64,000 nt of DNA from an uncultured Gammaproteobacteria bacterium (GTDB taxonomy: Bacteria > Patescibacteriota > Microgenomatia > UBA10105 > UBA927): contig CAYUKU010000006.1 of the NCBI GenBank assembly GCA_964445435.1, positions 1,112 through 65,111 of the forward strand. The letters are read 5' to 3'. The position numbers and the translations under genes are program-made. Under the pieces are notes generated by a model, which was not told where the DNA came from, ran no database searches, and saw only the letters and a program-made list of their open reading frames with translations. Positions 18,928 to 28,398 of this stretch are shown piece after piece; positions within the stretch are counted from its first letter, which is position 1, and each line of letters starts with the position of its first letter.

Positions 18928-18933
18928 GTACTA

Positions 18934-20250
18934 TCACTGCTCGTTGTATAGCAAAACAGCCCATACAGACAGGAAAACAAGTATAGCAAACTGGGCAAAT
19001 ACATTCCGGCGGGCAAAAATCGCCATGCGCTTGCTGGAAACAAACTCAGGGAGGATACCCGTGGCAAACCAGAGGATAATCCCCCGGTACATCGGATAGG
19101 AAAATCCAAATACGACTGCCCACGTTTGCGAAAGCAATGACACTGAAACGCCAAGCATAACAAACGAAAGAACAGCGAATTTGTGTACATAGTCGCGGGC
19201 AAAAACGGCAAGAGCCGTAACGAGAAACGGGTAAAAAGGATACCGATACCACCCGTGACTGGGTTCATTCGGAATCGCTGCAATATAAACAAGAAAGTAT
19301 CCCAAAAGGCCGAAGCAAAGGTATATATGCTTCTTCATATCCTTCACAAACAGCATAAACCACGCCAACCAACCGGCGTATATCCACCCGTCCACATAAT
19401 ACCGGTCAACAAGATACGGTTGAGTCAGGAGGGCATATATACTATTGAATGTCATGTCGTACCGGGCCAGTTGAAGCCGCCATAAGGAAAGAAAGAGCTT
19501 CTGATCCCACCAGAACCCGTACCCGATAAAAAGAAGGAAGAATCCGGTGACAACCCCTGTAAAAAACGCCGCATCACGATATTTTTTCCTGTATAGCAAA
19601 ATTCCGACTGACGATACGGTTGCAGCAATCCAGGGAACCTTCGCAAGAATGGCAAATCCCGCCAAGACTGCAGCAAGGTACAGGAAACGCCTTTCCCCCT
19701 TCTCTATGTATGTATGTACACAAAGGAGAATTCCCAAAAACATGGGAATGAAGAAATTCTCATTTTGCAGTATGCGCGACCCGACAACAATGGTAGGAAT
19801 AATTGCGTAAAGGAGCGAAGCAAGAAGCCCCACTTGTACGCCATACAAACGATAGGCAAACAGGTATACCATGACGATGCTCGCGACACCTAGAATAAGC
19901 GCTAATTGCCGCATGGAGGCAAATGACACGGTATACATATCAGAGGCGCCGGCGAGTCGTGCGTACGCGCCGGCTATAAGTCCAAAGACTGGAGGATGTT
20001 CCAAGTATGGCTCCACGAGCCAGAATCTCGCGCCACCTGAGGATATATAATGCGTCCGCTTCTGATACTGCGGATGAGGCGACCATGATATCGGAACGCC
20101 CGTCGTAAGAAGATTTACTCCTAACCATGTCCATGCGTACTCATCAAAGGTCGCTCCCTCGCGCGGCCAAGTTGTATACTTGTGAAACCGTAAAAGAAAT
20201 CCAACGATAAGAATCGCCGCAAGAAAAAATAGTGCGTACTTTTTGAACAT
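18934..20250 (-). CDS. ArnT/PMT_2-like GT-C membrane glycosyltransferase.
   Basis: 438 aa with about 11 TM helices. An N-terminal helix is followed by TWPREGATFDEYAWTW (a DE motif), and PVFGLIAGAYARLAG... Confidence 0.55.
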   Translation of the reverse strand: MFKKYALFFLAAILIVGFLLRFHKYTTWPREGATFDEYAWTWLGVNLLTTGVPISWSPHPQYQKRTHYISSGGARFWLVEPYLEHPPVFGLIAGAYARLAGASDMYTVSFASMRQLALILGVASIVMVYLFAYRLYGVQVGLLASLLYAIIPTIVVGSRILQNENFFIPMFLGILLCVHTYIEKGERRFLYLAAVLAGFAILAKVPWIAATVSSVGILLYRKKYRDAAFFTGVVTGFFLLFIGYGFWWDQKLFLSLWRLQLARYDMTFNSIYALLTQPYLVDRYYVDGWIYAGWLAWFMLFVKDMKKHIYLCFGLLGYFLVYIAAIPNEPSHGWYRYPFYPFLVTALAVFARDYVHKFAVLSFVMLGVSVSLLSQTWAVVFGFSYPMYRGIILWFATGILPEFVSSKRMAIFARRNVFAQFAILVFLSVWAVLLYNEQ

Positions 20251-20252
20251 TG

Positions 20253-21362
20253 TTATGACGGGTTTGCTATTTCCTTTGAAAGAAGTGTTGTACTTTCATC
20301 AATAACGTTCTTCCACGAGAGACTCTTGACCCAGTTCACGCCTGCTTTCTGAAACTCCCGATAGCGCAGCATATCCCGCAAGAGAAGCAGAGCTTCCCGG
20401 GCCATTTCGCGGGGAGAATTCTCCCTAAGCACAATTCCCGTTTTGCCGTCTTTCACGACATCACACAATCCCGACACGTTATACACAACAGAGGGAGTCC
20501 ATTGGCTTGCCGCTTCCAGAACGACAAGTCCCCACCCCTCCCGAACCGAAGCGTGCAGAAGTATATGAGCTCTCCCCATCCGCTCAAGTTTCTCTCTCTG
20601 GGAGATTTTTCCCAGAAATAATACGCTTTTTTCTATTCCATACTCCCGCAACATACCTTTCAACTTACCCATGTAAGAGACGTCTCCGCCTCCGACAATC
20701 CATAATTTCGCCTCCGGCTCTTCTTTAATGATAAATGAAAACGCCTTAATGACTTCTTCGATGCCCTTCATTTTTACCACGCGACTCACAAAAATAAACG
20801 TCGGCGTTTTTTCTTTTTTCACGGGTTTATCTGTGGGTTCATTGGTTATGGGACACGGGATGGCTGTGCAATGGGATTTTGGTATCCCTAACGCCTCCAA
20901 GTGCGGTATCGTCGAAGGCGCATCCGTCCAAAAAGGAATATTTCGGTACAGTCGAAAATATAGGCGTTCAAGCGTCTTGCCGATGTAGCTTATCGGAAAC
21001 GGGACCATATAATCCCATATTTCCCCTGCAACCTCATGGATGAATGCTACTTTCGGTCCACGGACAAAAAGCGGCGTAAAGAAGGGGACGCCATGAATTT
21101 CATCGATCACAACATCAAATGAATTTCGGTTTCGAAGGTAATAGAAGGGCGCCACCAGATAAACTGTAAGTGATCCTGCGGCGCGAACTATGCTCACTCC
21201 GTCTATGATTTCATTTCTCCTGGCGCCTGAAAATGCAGCCGTAAACCATGTAACTGAATGGCCTCTTTGGACCCAGCCTTTCGCATGCTCGAGTGTCACT
21301 ATTTCCGCTCCGCCTGCTTTCGGGTGGTTCGTGTCTCTCCAGTTAAAAATGAGAATTTTCAT
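20253..21362 (-). CDS. GT4-family (GT-B fold) glycosyltransferase.
   Basis: MKILIFNW...GGAE...; FIFVSRVVKMKGIEE...LWIVGGGD...LLHASVREGWGLVVLEAAS (the EX7E region). Confidence 0.7.
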   Translation of the reverse strand: MKILIFNWRDTNHPKAGGAEIVTLEHAKGWVQRGHSVTWFTAAFSGARRNEIIDGVSIVRAAGSLTVYLVAPFYYLRNRNSFDVVIDEIHGVPFFTPLFVRGPKVAFIHEVAGEIWDYMVPFPISYIGKTLERLYFRLYRNIPFWTDAPSTIPHLEALGIPKSHCTAIPCPITNEPTDKPVKKEKTPTFIFVSRVVKMKGIEEVIKAFSFIIKEEPEAKLWIVGGGDVSYMGKLKGMLREYGIEKSVLFLGKISQREKLERMGRAHILLHASVREGWGLVVLEAASQWTPSVVYNVSGLCDVVKDGKTGIVLRENSPREMAREALLLLRDMLRYREFQKAGVNWVKSLSWKNVIDESTTLLSKEIANPS

Positions 21363-22166
21363 CTATCCGATGTTAACACGGAAATTCAAATCCGGATCAT
21401 ATCGCCATTTTCGCTTGCTCGCATCATCGTAGTATCTTCGAATTTTCAATCGATAAAATACCGCTAGGGTATCTTTCAGCATGTTAAGGATAATTTTCCA
21501 GAAGCTTTTTGATGTGATATTACTCTTCACTCCCTCAAAATTAAGCTCGACGGGCGCCTCAATGATCTTCGTGTATCCCAACCGGTGAGCAACCGCAAGA
21601 ATTTCTATATCAAAAGCAAATTGTTTCACCAGCAGTCTTGGAAGCACGTCTTCTAAGACTTTGCGCTTATATAACTTCATCCCCACCTGGGTATCGCGAA
21701 CGTCGATGCTAAAAAGAACACGCGTGAACATCTGATATCCCCATGAAAACATTCTTCGCACCACAGGATAGTGCACTTTTGACAAAGGGTGGCGCTTGCT
21801 GCCTACCACTATGTCTGCGTCCTCCCACAGGAGAGTATCGAGCATCAGTCGCAGCCCTTGCGGTTTCAGGTCACCTCCCGCGTCCATAAATCCGACGATA
21901 TCCCCATGACTCTGGGCCATTCCGTAACGGACGGCGTATCCTTTCCCCTTGTTTACTTTGTATCCTACGACACTGACCCGTGAATCATTTACCTTTTTCG
22001 CCGCCTCCCGGCTGCCGTCCATATCTCCGTCTATGACGGCTATGACTTCAAAGGGAAACGGAAGCGTATCAAGGACCTTCAGAACTTGTCGAATATCACG
22101 GGCGATCGTATCCGCCTGTTTATACACCGGGATGATAATTGACAGTTTACTTTTTTCGTTCTGCAT
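21363..22166 (-). CDS. GT2 polyprenyl-phosphate glycosyltransferase (Dpm1/GtrB/ArnC-like), with a C-terminal amphipathic tail.
   Basis: I moved the start to MQNEKSKLSIIIPVYKQ. EVIAVIDGDMDGS...GKGYAVRYG...DIVGFMDAGGDL...SKR. It is about 267 aa. Confidence 0.65.
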   Translation of the reverse strand: MQNEKSKLSIIIPVYKQADTIARDIRQVLKVLDTLPFPFEVIAVIDGDMDGSREAAKKVNDSRVSVVGYKVNKGKGYAVRYGMAQSHGDIVGFMDAGGDLKPQGLRLMLDTLLWEDADIVVGSKRHPLSKVHYPVVRRMFSWGYQMFTRVLFSIDVRDTQVGMKLYKRKVLEDVLPRLLVKQFAFDIEILAVAHRLGYTKIIEAPVELNFEGVKSNITSKSFWKIILNMLKDTLAVFYRLKIRRYYDDASKRKWRYDPDLNFRVNIG

Positions 22167-23388
22167 AGGGATAGAACAACAAAAGAATAATGAATAATCC
22201 ACCGACCAAAATCGTGTTATTGACGATCACAGTCGTGAGATTTTCGTGTGCCAGCGATATGATGACCGCTTGGAGTATGGCCGCCCCCGCGCTAAATACC
22301 CAAATCTGCGTTCTGCCGAGGGCTATATACATCGTCGTAAACAGATTCACGAGCGTATAGAGGGAGATAAAAAGTCCGAATATGCCCAGGTATCCGCTTG
22401 CAGAAGCGAATGCCGGTCCGAAAAGCAGATTCACAACCATTTCCGGAAAAAGGGAATATACTGCAGTCAATCCGAATGATATGGCTGCGACGAGGACGAG
22501 AGCCGCAAAAATAATTTTCCCGTATGATTTTCCCAATTCCTTGCGCTCCGCGAGCATCGGGAATGCCACCTGACCGATGGAATAAGAAGCAAAAAAAATT
22601 ATTTTCCCTAAAACGGAAAGCGACGAGTACACTCCTGCATCAACGGGATTGAAAAAATGCTTCACCAGAACTACATCCAGACTGTACAATGCGTTTACAG
22701 AAAATACAGCCACAAATGTGGGTATCGAATAATACAACGCGTGAGCTGGTGAGAGCGAAATAACCCGCTCTTTGTGGGCAAGAAAAGGCCTCAAGGGTAC
22801 GAATGACGACACATACCCGACAAGCGATGCGATGACGTTTGCCCCGAGCGTCCATCCTACGCCAAAAACAGCGGCAACGGCACCGAAAACCAAACGAAGC
22901 ACTCCCCCCAGTGCGTTCACCACGGAAATCGCGACGAACTGTTGGTACGCCTGAAGGACGCTTATGTTAACGATGGTAAAAAGAAATGCCCCGAACATGA
23001 GATACAAAAAGATGAGGTTTATCTTCGCCTCAATATTCAAAAACGATGCGAGTGCGCCCACAAACGGAAGAAGCAAAACAAGAGCAATACCTTCTGCAAA
23101 AAGAAGTAGTCTTGAAATGCGCACAAACAGACGCCTCCCCTGTCCGTGATCATCCTTTGCCCGTAGCTGGGAAAAGAATTTGACAAGAATATTCTGAGCA
23201 ATAACAGAGGGGGAATTTAAGATGTAAAAAATAGACAAGAGTGCAGCCAATTCCCCATAGCCCGCCGGACCAAGCGTGCGCCCGACCACCAGGTGATATA
23301 TATACGCAAGCACGTTCGTAAGCATCGTACCTGCAAACATAACTGCGCTGTTTCGAAAAAACGGGTGATGTACGATTTTTTTCAGCAT
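22147..23388 (-). CDS. Wzx-like polysaccharide/lipid-linked-sugar flippase (MOP superfamily).
   Basis: I moved the start to MLKKIVHHPFFRNSAVMFAG. It has about 12 TM helices, with ...GRTLGPAGYGELAALLSIFYIL... typical of Polysacc_synt proteins. Confidence 0.6.
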   Translation of the reverse strand: MLKKIVHHPFFRNSAVMFAGTMLTNVLAYIYHLVVGRTLGPAGYGELAALLSIFYILNSPSVIAQNILVKFFSQLRAKDDHGQGRRLFVRISRLLLFAEGIALVLLLPFVGALASFLNIEAKINLIFLYLMFGAFLFTIVNISVLQAYQQFVAISVVNALGGVLRLVFGAVAAVFGVGWTLGANVIASLVGYVSSFVPLRPFLAHKERVISLSPAHALYYSIPTFVAVFSVNALYSLDVVLVKHFFNPVDAGVYSSLSVLGKIIFFASYSIGQVAFPMLAERKELGKSYGKIIFAALVLVAAISFGLTAVYSLFPEMVVNLLFGPAFASASGYLGIFGLFISLYTLVNLFTTMYIALGRTQIWVFSAGAAILQAVIISLAHENLTTVIVNNTILVGGLFIILLLFYPYAERKK

Positions 23389-23393
23389 ATGTT

Positions 23394-24080
23394 CTAGTGG
23401 AAAAATCTCAATCTTATCAGCGTTACGAGCGCAGCAAGGCCGTCCTTCCATGTGAGCTTCTTCCCTTCATGAAACTTGCGTCCGAAATACGAAATCGGTA
23501 CCTCATAAATCTGGTGCCCTGAGAGCAGAACCTTCGCCGTAAATTCCGGCTCGAAATCAAACCGTCTCGCCTGTATAGTCATCCCGTCTGTCACGCTTTT
23601 ACGGAACACTTTGTAGCCGGTCTCCATGTCGGTAATGTTGGTGTTAAAAAGGAGATTCGTTACGAGCGTCACAAATTTATTCCCAAGCGCATACACAAAC
23701 ATGGTCGACAGATGCGGACCGAGAAACCTCGACCCGTATACGACAGTCACCCGGGGATTTTTAAAAGGAAGAAGAAGCGTTTTATAGTCGCTGGGGCTAT
23801 ACTCAAGATCAGCATCCTGAATGATAATAATGTCTCCGGTCGCACGGGCAATTCCCGCCGTTACCGCGGATCCCTTACCGCCGTTTGTCTTCTTATAGAG
23901 AACAGTTGCCTCTTTTTCCCAGGATTTGAGCACGGTTCTGGTCCCGTCTGTCGACCCGTCGTCGATGACGATTATCTCCTTCCTCCAGCCGGGGAGATTT
24001 TCATCCCGCACACGGTTGAGAATCGTTTCGATTGTTGCCTGTTCGTTATAAACCGGAATGATTATTGAGAGTTTTTTCAT
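23394..24080 (-). CDS. GT2 polyprenyl-phosphate glycosyltransferase (Dpm1-like, soluble).
   Basis: MKKLSIIIPVYNEQATI...EIIVIDDGSTDGT...GKGSAV..G...IIIIQDADLEYSP. Confidence 0.75.
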   Translation of the reverse strand: MKKLSIIIPVYNEQATIETILNRVRDENLPGWRKEIIVIDDGSTDGTRTVLKSWEKEATVLYKKTNGGKGSAVTAGIARATGDIIIIQDADLEYSPSDYKTLLLPFKNPRVTVVYGSRFLGPHLSTMFVYALGNKFVTLVTNLLFNTNITDMETGYKVFRKSVTDGMTIQARRFDFEPEFTAKVLLSGHQIYEVPISYFGRKFHEGKKLTWKDGLAALVTLIRLRFFH

Positions 24081-25116
24081 ATACGTTTGCCGTACCTACG
24101 GCTACTTTCTTCCAGGTAAACTGTTTTGCCCAGTCAAGTCCTTTTTGAACCAGTTCTTTTCTTTTGGAAGCCGATAGCGAAACTGCCGTCTTAAGACCAC
24201 GAAGAATATCATCAGGACGAGTCGGATTTATGCGTATTGACGGCCCGGAAATCTCATTCAGACTCGCTACATCGCTTGTTACGACCGGGCAGCCGCACGA
24301 AAGAGCCTCAAGCACCGGAAATCCAAAACCCTCGGCAAATGACGGAAAAACACACGCCGTCGCAAGCGAGTAAAAAGCGGCAAGGTCACTATCAGAAATA
24401 AACCCAGGAGTGATGACCTCCCCATTGAGGTTATGCTCCGCCACAAAACGGCGAATTTCGGCTGTCTGTTCCAGATCTGCATCAAGAAACGCTCTCCCCA
24501 CCAGTATGACCTGAAAGTCGCTCTTGGTTTCCCTTTTATATAGATCAATCGCCGCAAGAAGACCCATGACGTTCTTATTCCAATTTACGTCACCGACATA
24601 GAGAAAAAACTTCTCCCTTATCGAATATCTCTTTTTGAGAGAAAGAAGCATCCTTTTGTCCGTTACCTGACGCAGTGTGCTTCGTGGGGCAAGCGGCACC
24701 GGGAAAATTCGGCCCGACGGAATTCCAAAGAAGCGCTTGATATCCTCTTTTGACGCCCGGGAGTCTGTTATCACCGCATTGGCGACTGCCCTGACTGCCT
24801 GTTTTTGTACCTGCCACTTGATCTCACCCCGGATACCACGGGGAAAGTGTTCGGGATACGCAATGGGAATAAGATCATGAATTGTCACCACGATGGGTTT
24901 GGAACTTCTCCACGGCATCGTCAGGAAAAACGGATCGAAGAAAGGATAGTGGATGACATCAACTGAGGAATCCACGGACGATATATCCGAAAATTGGCTC
25001 ACCGTAATATCGGACGCATATGCTCCCAGCGCTCGAATGAGTTCTTTTGTATACAGTCCAATTCCCCTCCCACTGTGACCACCCGAAAGCGGTATCGTAT
25101 TTATGGCGATATGCAT
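24046..25116 (-). CDS. GT4-family (GT-B) glycosyltransferase.
   Basis: FLYVGDVNWNKN...ILVGRAF...FPSFAEGFGFPVLEALSCGCPVV. Confidence 0.7.
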   Translation of the reverse strand: MHIAINTIPLSGGHSGRGIGLYTKELIRALGAYASDITVSQFSDISSVDSSVDVIHYPFFDPFFLTMPWRSSKPIVVTIHDLIPIAYPEHFPRGIRGEIKWQVQKQAVRAVANAVITDSRASKEDIKRFFGIPSGRIFPVPLAPRSTLRQVTDKRMLLSLKKRYSIREKFFLYVGDVNWNKNVMGLLAAIDLYKRETKSDFQVILVGRAFLDADLEQTAEIRRFVAEHNLNGEVITPGFISDSDLAAFYSLATACVFPSFAEGFGFPVLEALSCGCPVVTSDVASLNEISGPSIRINPTRPDDILRGLKTAVSLSASKRKELVQKGLDWAKQFTWKKVAVGTANVYEKTLNNHSGL

Positions 25117-25140
25117 AATAAAGTTCGAGTCTCTTTTTGA

Positions 25141-26739
25141 TTAAGAAATCCTCGTTTTGATGACTTTTAGTATAGCCCATACGGATAGCCATAACAAACT
25201 TAAAAAGGATATACTATCGGCCATTTTCCGAAACGGCGTCTCGCCGAAAGCGATAGTAATTTTATGCGTTCCGTCCGGTACCGTAAAACGAAGTATTCCT
25301 GTTTTCGTATTCTCAAACTCCCGCGGTATCGCATCGATCGAAAGTTTCCAGCCAGGATAGAAAAGTGTGTTCATTGAAATTGTGGACGGGCCGTCAGATT
25401 CAACGGTGAATGATGAATCTATGGCCCGGATCCGCTCATCCCGTATCGTAGCTGTTCCCGCCACGACGTCTATTTTTGTCTCTGGACGGTCTTTTTTCCA
25501 TGGCGTCCATACAGTTGAAAAGGTATTGCCTATGGATGACGTACCGTCGGTGAATTCGGGTCTCGTGAAATAATAGGAATCAGACCGTGACGCATATACA
25601 ACCGGACGCATGTATGACTTCGATGCAAAAACACTAAGGACAGCGAGACTTACGCCGACCCATCCCGGATATGAAGCCGCTACACGCGCGGCCAAAAACG
25701 CCGTCACCGGAAGCATGACGGCAAGCAATCTCCACGGATATTGAATAAATGGAAGAAAAGGAAGCCCTTCCCAAAGCGGTTTTGAAATTTCGAGCATGAG
25801 CAATAAACCGATCGCTGCGACCAGAAGAAACAATCGGTGTACCGGCAGCGCCTCTTTTGAAGCGCGTCTCAGAAGCGAAAGAGTCACAACGATAAGCGGA
25901 ACCAGTCCGATCTGAAATGACATTTCATCGCTCGTAAGCTGCCGCACCGAAAATCCGGTACCCCATGAAGGAAGAAGAAGCTGCACAAGAAGCGGAAAAT
26001 GATCTGCGAAATTAACACTATTGAGTCCGGTGACAAATACGCGCTCCACGAGTGCGGGAATCCAAAAATAGGCGGATAGTAACAGTCCGACGAAAAGAAA
26101 TCCGATGAGTCGCCTACCTCTCACCATCGTATAGCACAACAGTATTGGCGCAAGTACCATCGCCATAATATTGTGGCTTAGAACAAGAAACGCAAAGGCC
26201 GCGGAAACGACAAGCGGCAGGGAGTGCTCCACGGCAGACAGAGCAACGAAAAACCACGCAATTGCCCAAACCTCTCCGATCGAACCGCGAACGTATATAT
26301 CCACGAACCAATACGGGATGGTTGCAAAAATTATGGTCGCTACGGCAGCATGCCTCCGTAAAACCCATCGGGATAGCCAGAGGTAACACGCGCCGATTGC
26401 AAGAAAATACCCGAGTGCTAAGGCAACTTTGAAAGAATCAACAAAGCTCAGTCCTGCTACATGAAGAAGAAATCCGATATAGTTGGGAAACGGATAATGG
26501 AAAATAAATAACGGAATTCCATACCCGCTGTTAAGATCAGGTGCCCACCTCGGAAATACATGTCCTTCGCTCAATACACGGGCGAATTGCCAGAATCTGA
26601 TTATGTGATACTCTCCGTCATGGGTCGGTATGAAACCCGGACCAAACAGCGGAAACGCCGCGAAAAGCGCAATTACTCCCACGATGCCCAGCCAAAACAC
26701 CTCAATCTTTGATAGTTTTCCCATAAAACGCAGTCGCAA
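25141..26739 (-). CDS. PTPS-related-family polytopic membrane protein (putative GT-C glycosyltransferase) with a YfhO-type C-terminal domain and terminal TM anchor.
   Basis: IPTHDGEYHIIRFWQFARVLSEGHVFPRWAPDLNSGYGIPLF...; C-terminus LFYPGWKLSIDAIP...GTHKITIAFGETP, then a TM helix. It is a paralog of 29133, 39275, 56129 and 57793. Confidence 0.55.
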   Translation of the reverse strand: MRLRFMGKLSKIEVFWLGIVGVIALFAAFPLFGPGFIPTHDGEYHIIRFWQFARVLSEGHVFPRWAPDLNSGYGIPLFIFHYPFPNYIGFLLHVAGLSFVDSFKVALALGYFLAIGACYLWLSRWVLRRHAAVATIIFATIPYWFVDIYVRGSIGEVWAIAWFFVALSAVEHSLPLVVSAAFAFLVLSHNIMAMVLAPILLCYTMVRGRRLIGFLFVGLLLSAYFWIPALVERVFVTGLNSVNFADHFPLLVQLLLPSWGTGFSVRQLTSDEMSFQIGLVPLIVVTLSLLRRASKEALPVHRLFLLVAAIGLLLMLEISKPLWEGLPFLPFIQYPWRLLAVMLPVTAFLAARVAASYPGWVGVSLAVLSVFASKSYMRPVVYASRSDSYYFTRPEFTDGTSSIGNTFSTVWTPWKKDRPETKIDVVAGTATIRDERIRAIDSSFTVESDGPSTISMNTLFYPGWKLSIDAIPREFENTKTGILRFTVPDGTHKITIAFGETPFRKMADSISFLSLLWLSVWAILKVIKTRIS

Positions 26740-27871
26740 TAAGGGTACGCAGTCCGTACGTTTTCACATACCAACCGCAGTAAAGAAGTACCGGAATAAC
26801 GGTGAAGAGTATTCGCAACATGGGACCCGCCCCTGCGTACTCTCTAGTAAGGATGTAGGGCAGGTGCCGAAAGGAAAGACCGATGCTCAAAGCCAGAGAG
26901 AATCCGTGCAAGAATGACTTCTTTGTTATGGGAATAAGTGCCACAAACGCCAAAAACCAAACCGCATACCACGGATACAGCTCTTCGCGGATAGGAGCGA
27001 AAATCACAAACACGCCAAACAGCAACCAATACGCGGCTGTGTAGCGCCTCGCCGCATCCCAGGTCCTCAAAAATAGGATAGGCAAAAGCACAATCGTCGC
27101 TCCTTTTATGCCTACTGACAATGCCCAGACGGTAACCCTGTCGATCAGATTCTCTTTGCGAAGGCCGAATGCTCCTATTGCCAGAACTGCCAAAACCATC
27201 ATGACGATATCATTGTGAGCAGAAACAAGTATTTCAATAAGAACGAGTGGGTTAAGCCCGAAAAAAAGAACCTGCCGCATACTGCCCGTATTCTTCCAGA
27301 TCAGAAAAAGCATGAGAAGGTATCCCATGCTCATAACCGCCTTGAATGAAATCATCGTCAGCCATACGTTTCCACGGCCTATCATATAAGGCACATAGGA
27401 CACTGCAAGCCATACGGGACCGTACAGAGCAACTTTGTTGGCGGCCCGGGTGTACGCGAGGGCGGGTTCGTTGGGTATTTCGATCGGCATAACGATGTAG
27501 GGGTTTTCCTTATGCGCGTACAAGACACGGGCAGTCGTCATGTAATTGAAAATATCGTACGTAAATGCAGGAAATGAAAACAGCAACAATCCGGCAACAG
27601 CAAAGAAAAAAAGTTTCACTTTCGCGGGCGAGACGGATTCCAACCGGGATTTTGTGAAGCGCATAACGGTCGCATAATATCCATAGAGCGCCAACAGAAT
27701 CGCAACGTACAACACGCCGGCGATCTTCATGTGTTCGTACACGAGCCGTGAAAGGGGCTGCTGAACAACGGTAAACCAGTTCGCATTCGTAAGATGCAAG
27801 TTAAGATCCACAAAGGCCCAGGAATATACAAACAGAAGGAAAAGAACGATAAAATATCCCAGAAGCATCAT
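26702..27871 (-). CDS. DUF2029/GT87-like polytopic membrane protein (putative GT-C mannosyl/glycosyltransferase).
   Basis: SFPAFTYDIFNYMTTARVLYAHKENPYIVMP...LNPLVLIEILVSAHNDIVMM. It is a close paralog of 60835..61935. Confidence 0.45.
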   Translation of the reverse strand: MMLLGYFIVLFLLFVYSWAFVDLNLHLTNANWFTVVQQPLSRLVYEHMKIAGVLYVAILLALYGYYATVMRFTKSRLESVSPAKVKLFFFAVAGLLLFSFPAFTYDIFNYMTTARVLYAHKENPYIVMPIEIPNEPALAYTRAANKVALYGPVWLAVSYVPYMIGRGNVWLTMISFKAVMSMGYLLMLFLIWKNTGSMRQVLFFGLNPLVLIEILVSAHNDIVMMVLAVLAIGAFGLRKENLIDRVTVWALSVGIKGATIVLLPILFLRTWDAARRYTAAYWLLFGVFVIFAPIREELYPWYAVWFLAFVALIPITKKSFLHGFSLALSIGLSFRHLPYILTREYAGAGPMLRILFTVIPVLLYCGWYVKTYGLRTLIATAFYGKTIKD

Positions 27872-28395
27872 AGGGCATCCACGAGAGTCAAAACGGTTTC
27901 CCGCATCTGAATTGCTTCACGGATGTTTCGTCCAAGAGGAAGTTCGGTAGTGTTGGATTTTTCCGGCTGCCAGAGGAATGTTTCCGGCGCCTTCCAGGAA
28001 ATGCTTTCCAACACACCTCTATGAACTTCAACTGCTTCCTGCACGGTCTTCTTCATAACCGTTATATCCTTCTTCTGTCTTTGTGCGTCTTTCACATACA
28101 TGGGAATACTCTGGAATTGGACTGTACTGCGCTTGAGCGCATCGTCAGCCAGTAAATACTGTTTATATTCAAAGAGTGTTTTCGCCTCAACTAAATACTT
28201 GTCCGAAAGTCCGAGATGATAGCGAAATGAAGCGATATTACCCCAATACCAATAGCCTTTCAGCGTGTCCATCATCCGCGAAACACGATAGAGCTTGTTG
28301 CCGGGCATGTATGACGGATAGGGCAGCACATACTCAGCCTGCACGCGGGGCACCAAAGACAACACCAGAATCATAAATACGAATACTTTCTTCAT
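27868..28395 (-). CDS. Secreted/periplasmic hypothetical protein (175 aa) with an N-terminal signal peptide.
   Basis: MKKVFVFMILVLSLVPRVQA|EYV..., hydrophilic afterwards. It has an ATGA overlap with the upstream gene and a 3-nt gap to the downstream gene. Confidence 0.5.
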   Translation of the reverse strand: MKKVFVFMILVLSLVPRVQAEYVLPYPSYMPGNKLYRVSRMMDTLKGYWYWGNIASFRYHLGLSDKYLVEAKTLFEYKQYLLADDALKRSTVQFQSIPMYVKDAQRQKKDITVMKKTVQEAVEVHRGVLESISWKAPETFLWQPEKSNTTELPLGRNIREAIQMRETVLTLVDAL

Positions 28396-28398
28396 GCC

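Noticed and set aside
25141-26739. The literal '6-pyruvoyl tetrahydropterin synthase' function for the PTPS-related proteins.
   Set aside because: They are integral membrane proteins of more than 500 aa without the PTPS catalytic triad context.
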